Program-made: the position numbers and the translations under genes
Origin: Cyanophyceae cyanobacterium
Lineage (GTDB): Bacteria; Cyanobacteriota; Cyanobacteriia; Cyanobacteriales; JBHJGN01
Direction of reading: 5' to 3'
Length of the DNA: 64,000 nt
Assembly (NCBI GenBank): GCA_050331735.1
Contig: JBHJGN010000023.1
Location: 128,001 to 192,000 of the forward strand
Part shown: one piece after another, positions 62,673 through 64,000 of the stretch
Layout: each line of letters opens with the position of its first letter
How positions within the stretch are numbered: the stretch's first letter is position 1
The notes under the pieces: model-generated
What the model was told of the DNA's origin: nothing
Seen by the model: only the letters and a program-made list of their open reading frames with translations
The model's database searches: none

Positions 62673-64000
62673 TTACTTTATGCCCTGGGTGAGATGCTCC
62701 ACTGCCTGTTGAGGATGTCCCCACACAATACGCTCCTGCTTATAAAGCACCATACCTGGCTTGGCCCCCTTGGGTTTGTAAACGTGTTTGGGTTCGGTAT
62801 AGACAACGGGAATTTGATTACTCTGTCGCCCCCTGCTATAGTAGGCAGCCAAATCGGCAGCAAATTGCAGATCGGTTTCGTCAGGGACAGCTCCTGGCTC
62901 CAGGCGCAGCAGGACGTGACTGCCGGCAATCTCTTGAGCGTGAAACCAAAGATCGTAGTCTCCGGCTATGCGCGTGAGCCGCTCATTCTGGCGATTATTG
63001 CGACCAACCCAAAGCTGAAACCCAGATGGGGTGAAATAGCGGTAAGGCTCTGATTCTTTGGTTGTGCTGCGGCTGCGTTGCGCCTCCAAGTAGTGTTGCT
63101 CAATCAGTTCCTCGCGGATTTCCTCAAGAGTCTCTAGATCCGCCACTGATTGATACTGAGTCTGGTCGAGCATAGACTCGATTTGCTCTAGGTACACAAT
63201 TTCCTGATTGGCCTCCTCTAGTAACGGAGCCACTGCTACGCGAGCGCGCTTCAGTTTTTGGTGACGTTTGTAGAGTGCTTGCGCATTTTGAACCGCATTT
63301 TTTTCTGGGTTGAGCGCAATCTTGACGGGTTGCCCCGTATTAAAATCCGTGAGGACAATGGCCTGCAGGCCTGGTTTCCATTCGTGGAGATGGGCCATCA
63401 GTAAATCAGCCTGATGTCTCTGCTGGTCGGCATCGTCAGACTGCTGCAGGCGCTCAACAAAGGTTTTTGCTTTCTGTCGTAGCTTTGAGAGTACGCTCTT
63501 GACCTTTTGCCCTAGCTGATGGCGCAGTTGCTGAAATACTTGCTGATTGAGCTGGTCTGTATAGTAGCGATTGAGCAGAGTTTGCACGGTGTCGGCTGGA
63601 GTCAGCATTTCCCACCCCATCACTGTGTACCCCTCTTCAGTCCAGCCAGGACTAAAGCGCTCTGTCGCTAAAGCTTGCAGCCATTCTTGCCACCGGGCAA
63701 ACAGTCTCTGCCAGTCTGTCTTTTGCAGGCTGGCTGTTGCTTGTTGCGGATCGAGGTGGGCTGCCTGCACCATTGAGCGAGCCAATGCTGGACTGAGACC
63801 GCGATAGCTTTTGAGGAGCTGACGACTAATTGCTCCGGGAATGAGGCTCACACGCTCTTGCCAACGTTCACAGGACTCGTTGGCATCGGGAATAGTTCCC
63901 ATCAGCGGTGGCGGTGGCTCGTAGAGCTGTCCGGTTTGCACAGTGCGCAAGCTAGATTGAGCGGCGCTGACCTGATGAGCCGCCGTTACAATCTGGCCAT
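62673..64000 (-). CDS. rqc2: Rqc2/NFACT (FbpA-like) protein, 3' part; start lies beyond the right edge
   Basis: NAQALYKRHQKLKR, VGRNNRQNE, WFHAQEIAGSHV, AAYYS; frame stays open to 64000. Confidence 0.88.
   Translation of the reverse strand, partial: GQIVTAAHQVSAAQSSLRTVQTGQLYEPPPPLMGTIPDANESCERWQERVSLIPGAISRQLLKSYRGLSPALARSMVQAAHLDPQQATASLQKTDWQRLFARWQEWLQALATERFSPGWTEEGYTVMGWEMLTPADTVQTLLNRYYTDQLNQQVFQQLRHQLGQKVKSVLSKLRQKAKTFVERLQQSDDADQQRHQADLLMAHLHEWKPGLQAIVLTDFNTGQPVKIALNPEKNAVQNAQALYKRHQKLKRARVAVAPLLEEANQEIVYLEQIESMLDQTQYQSVADLETLEEIREELIEQHYLEAQRSRSTTKESEPYRYFTPSGFQLWVGRNNRQNERLTRIAGDYDLWFHAQEIAGSHVLLRLEPGAVPDETDLQFAADLAAYYSRGRQSNQIPVVYTEPKHVYKPKGAKPGMVLYKQERIVWGHPQQAVEHLTQGIK

Overview
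Cyanobacterial chromosomal window, with frequent HIP1 GCGATCGC octamers and cyanobacteria-type genes. The first ~19 kb is one arm of a scytonemin (UV-A sunscreen) locus. It holds the 5' half of scyA (missing from the supplied ORF track), two unexplained Lys/Cys-free acidic Gly-rich repeat proteins directly upstream of scyA, a divergent trpE(G)-trpC-trpA-trpB-trpD-aroG-tyrA precursor operon, and a divergent REC-AraC regulator / PAS kinase pair. The middle holds mnmG, an old yellow enzyme, tRNA-Thr, a NarL-type regulator, HtrA, a DmtC-like methyltransferase, a peptide ABC transporter without its ATPase, a ferritin-like gene, an AsnB-like amidotransferase and crtO. Two accessory patches interrupt it: (i) a HEPN-motif ORF ending in a degenerate attC-like site, followed by decayed toxin-antitoxin genes, and (ii) a type II R-M pair next to a dead IS630 that carries a nested MITE-like insert. 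The right part is mostly housekeeping: MacAB-like exporter, 6S RNA, GyrA/ParC paralog, ilvN, infC, hisIE, hemL, yajQ, tRNA-Val and rqc2. Five copies of a modular repeat made of mini-hairpins and GGGAAA tracts sit at gene 3' ends. All calls come from reading the sequence and recalled family motifs; no database search was run.
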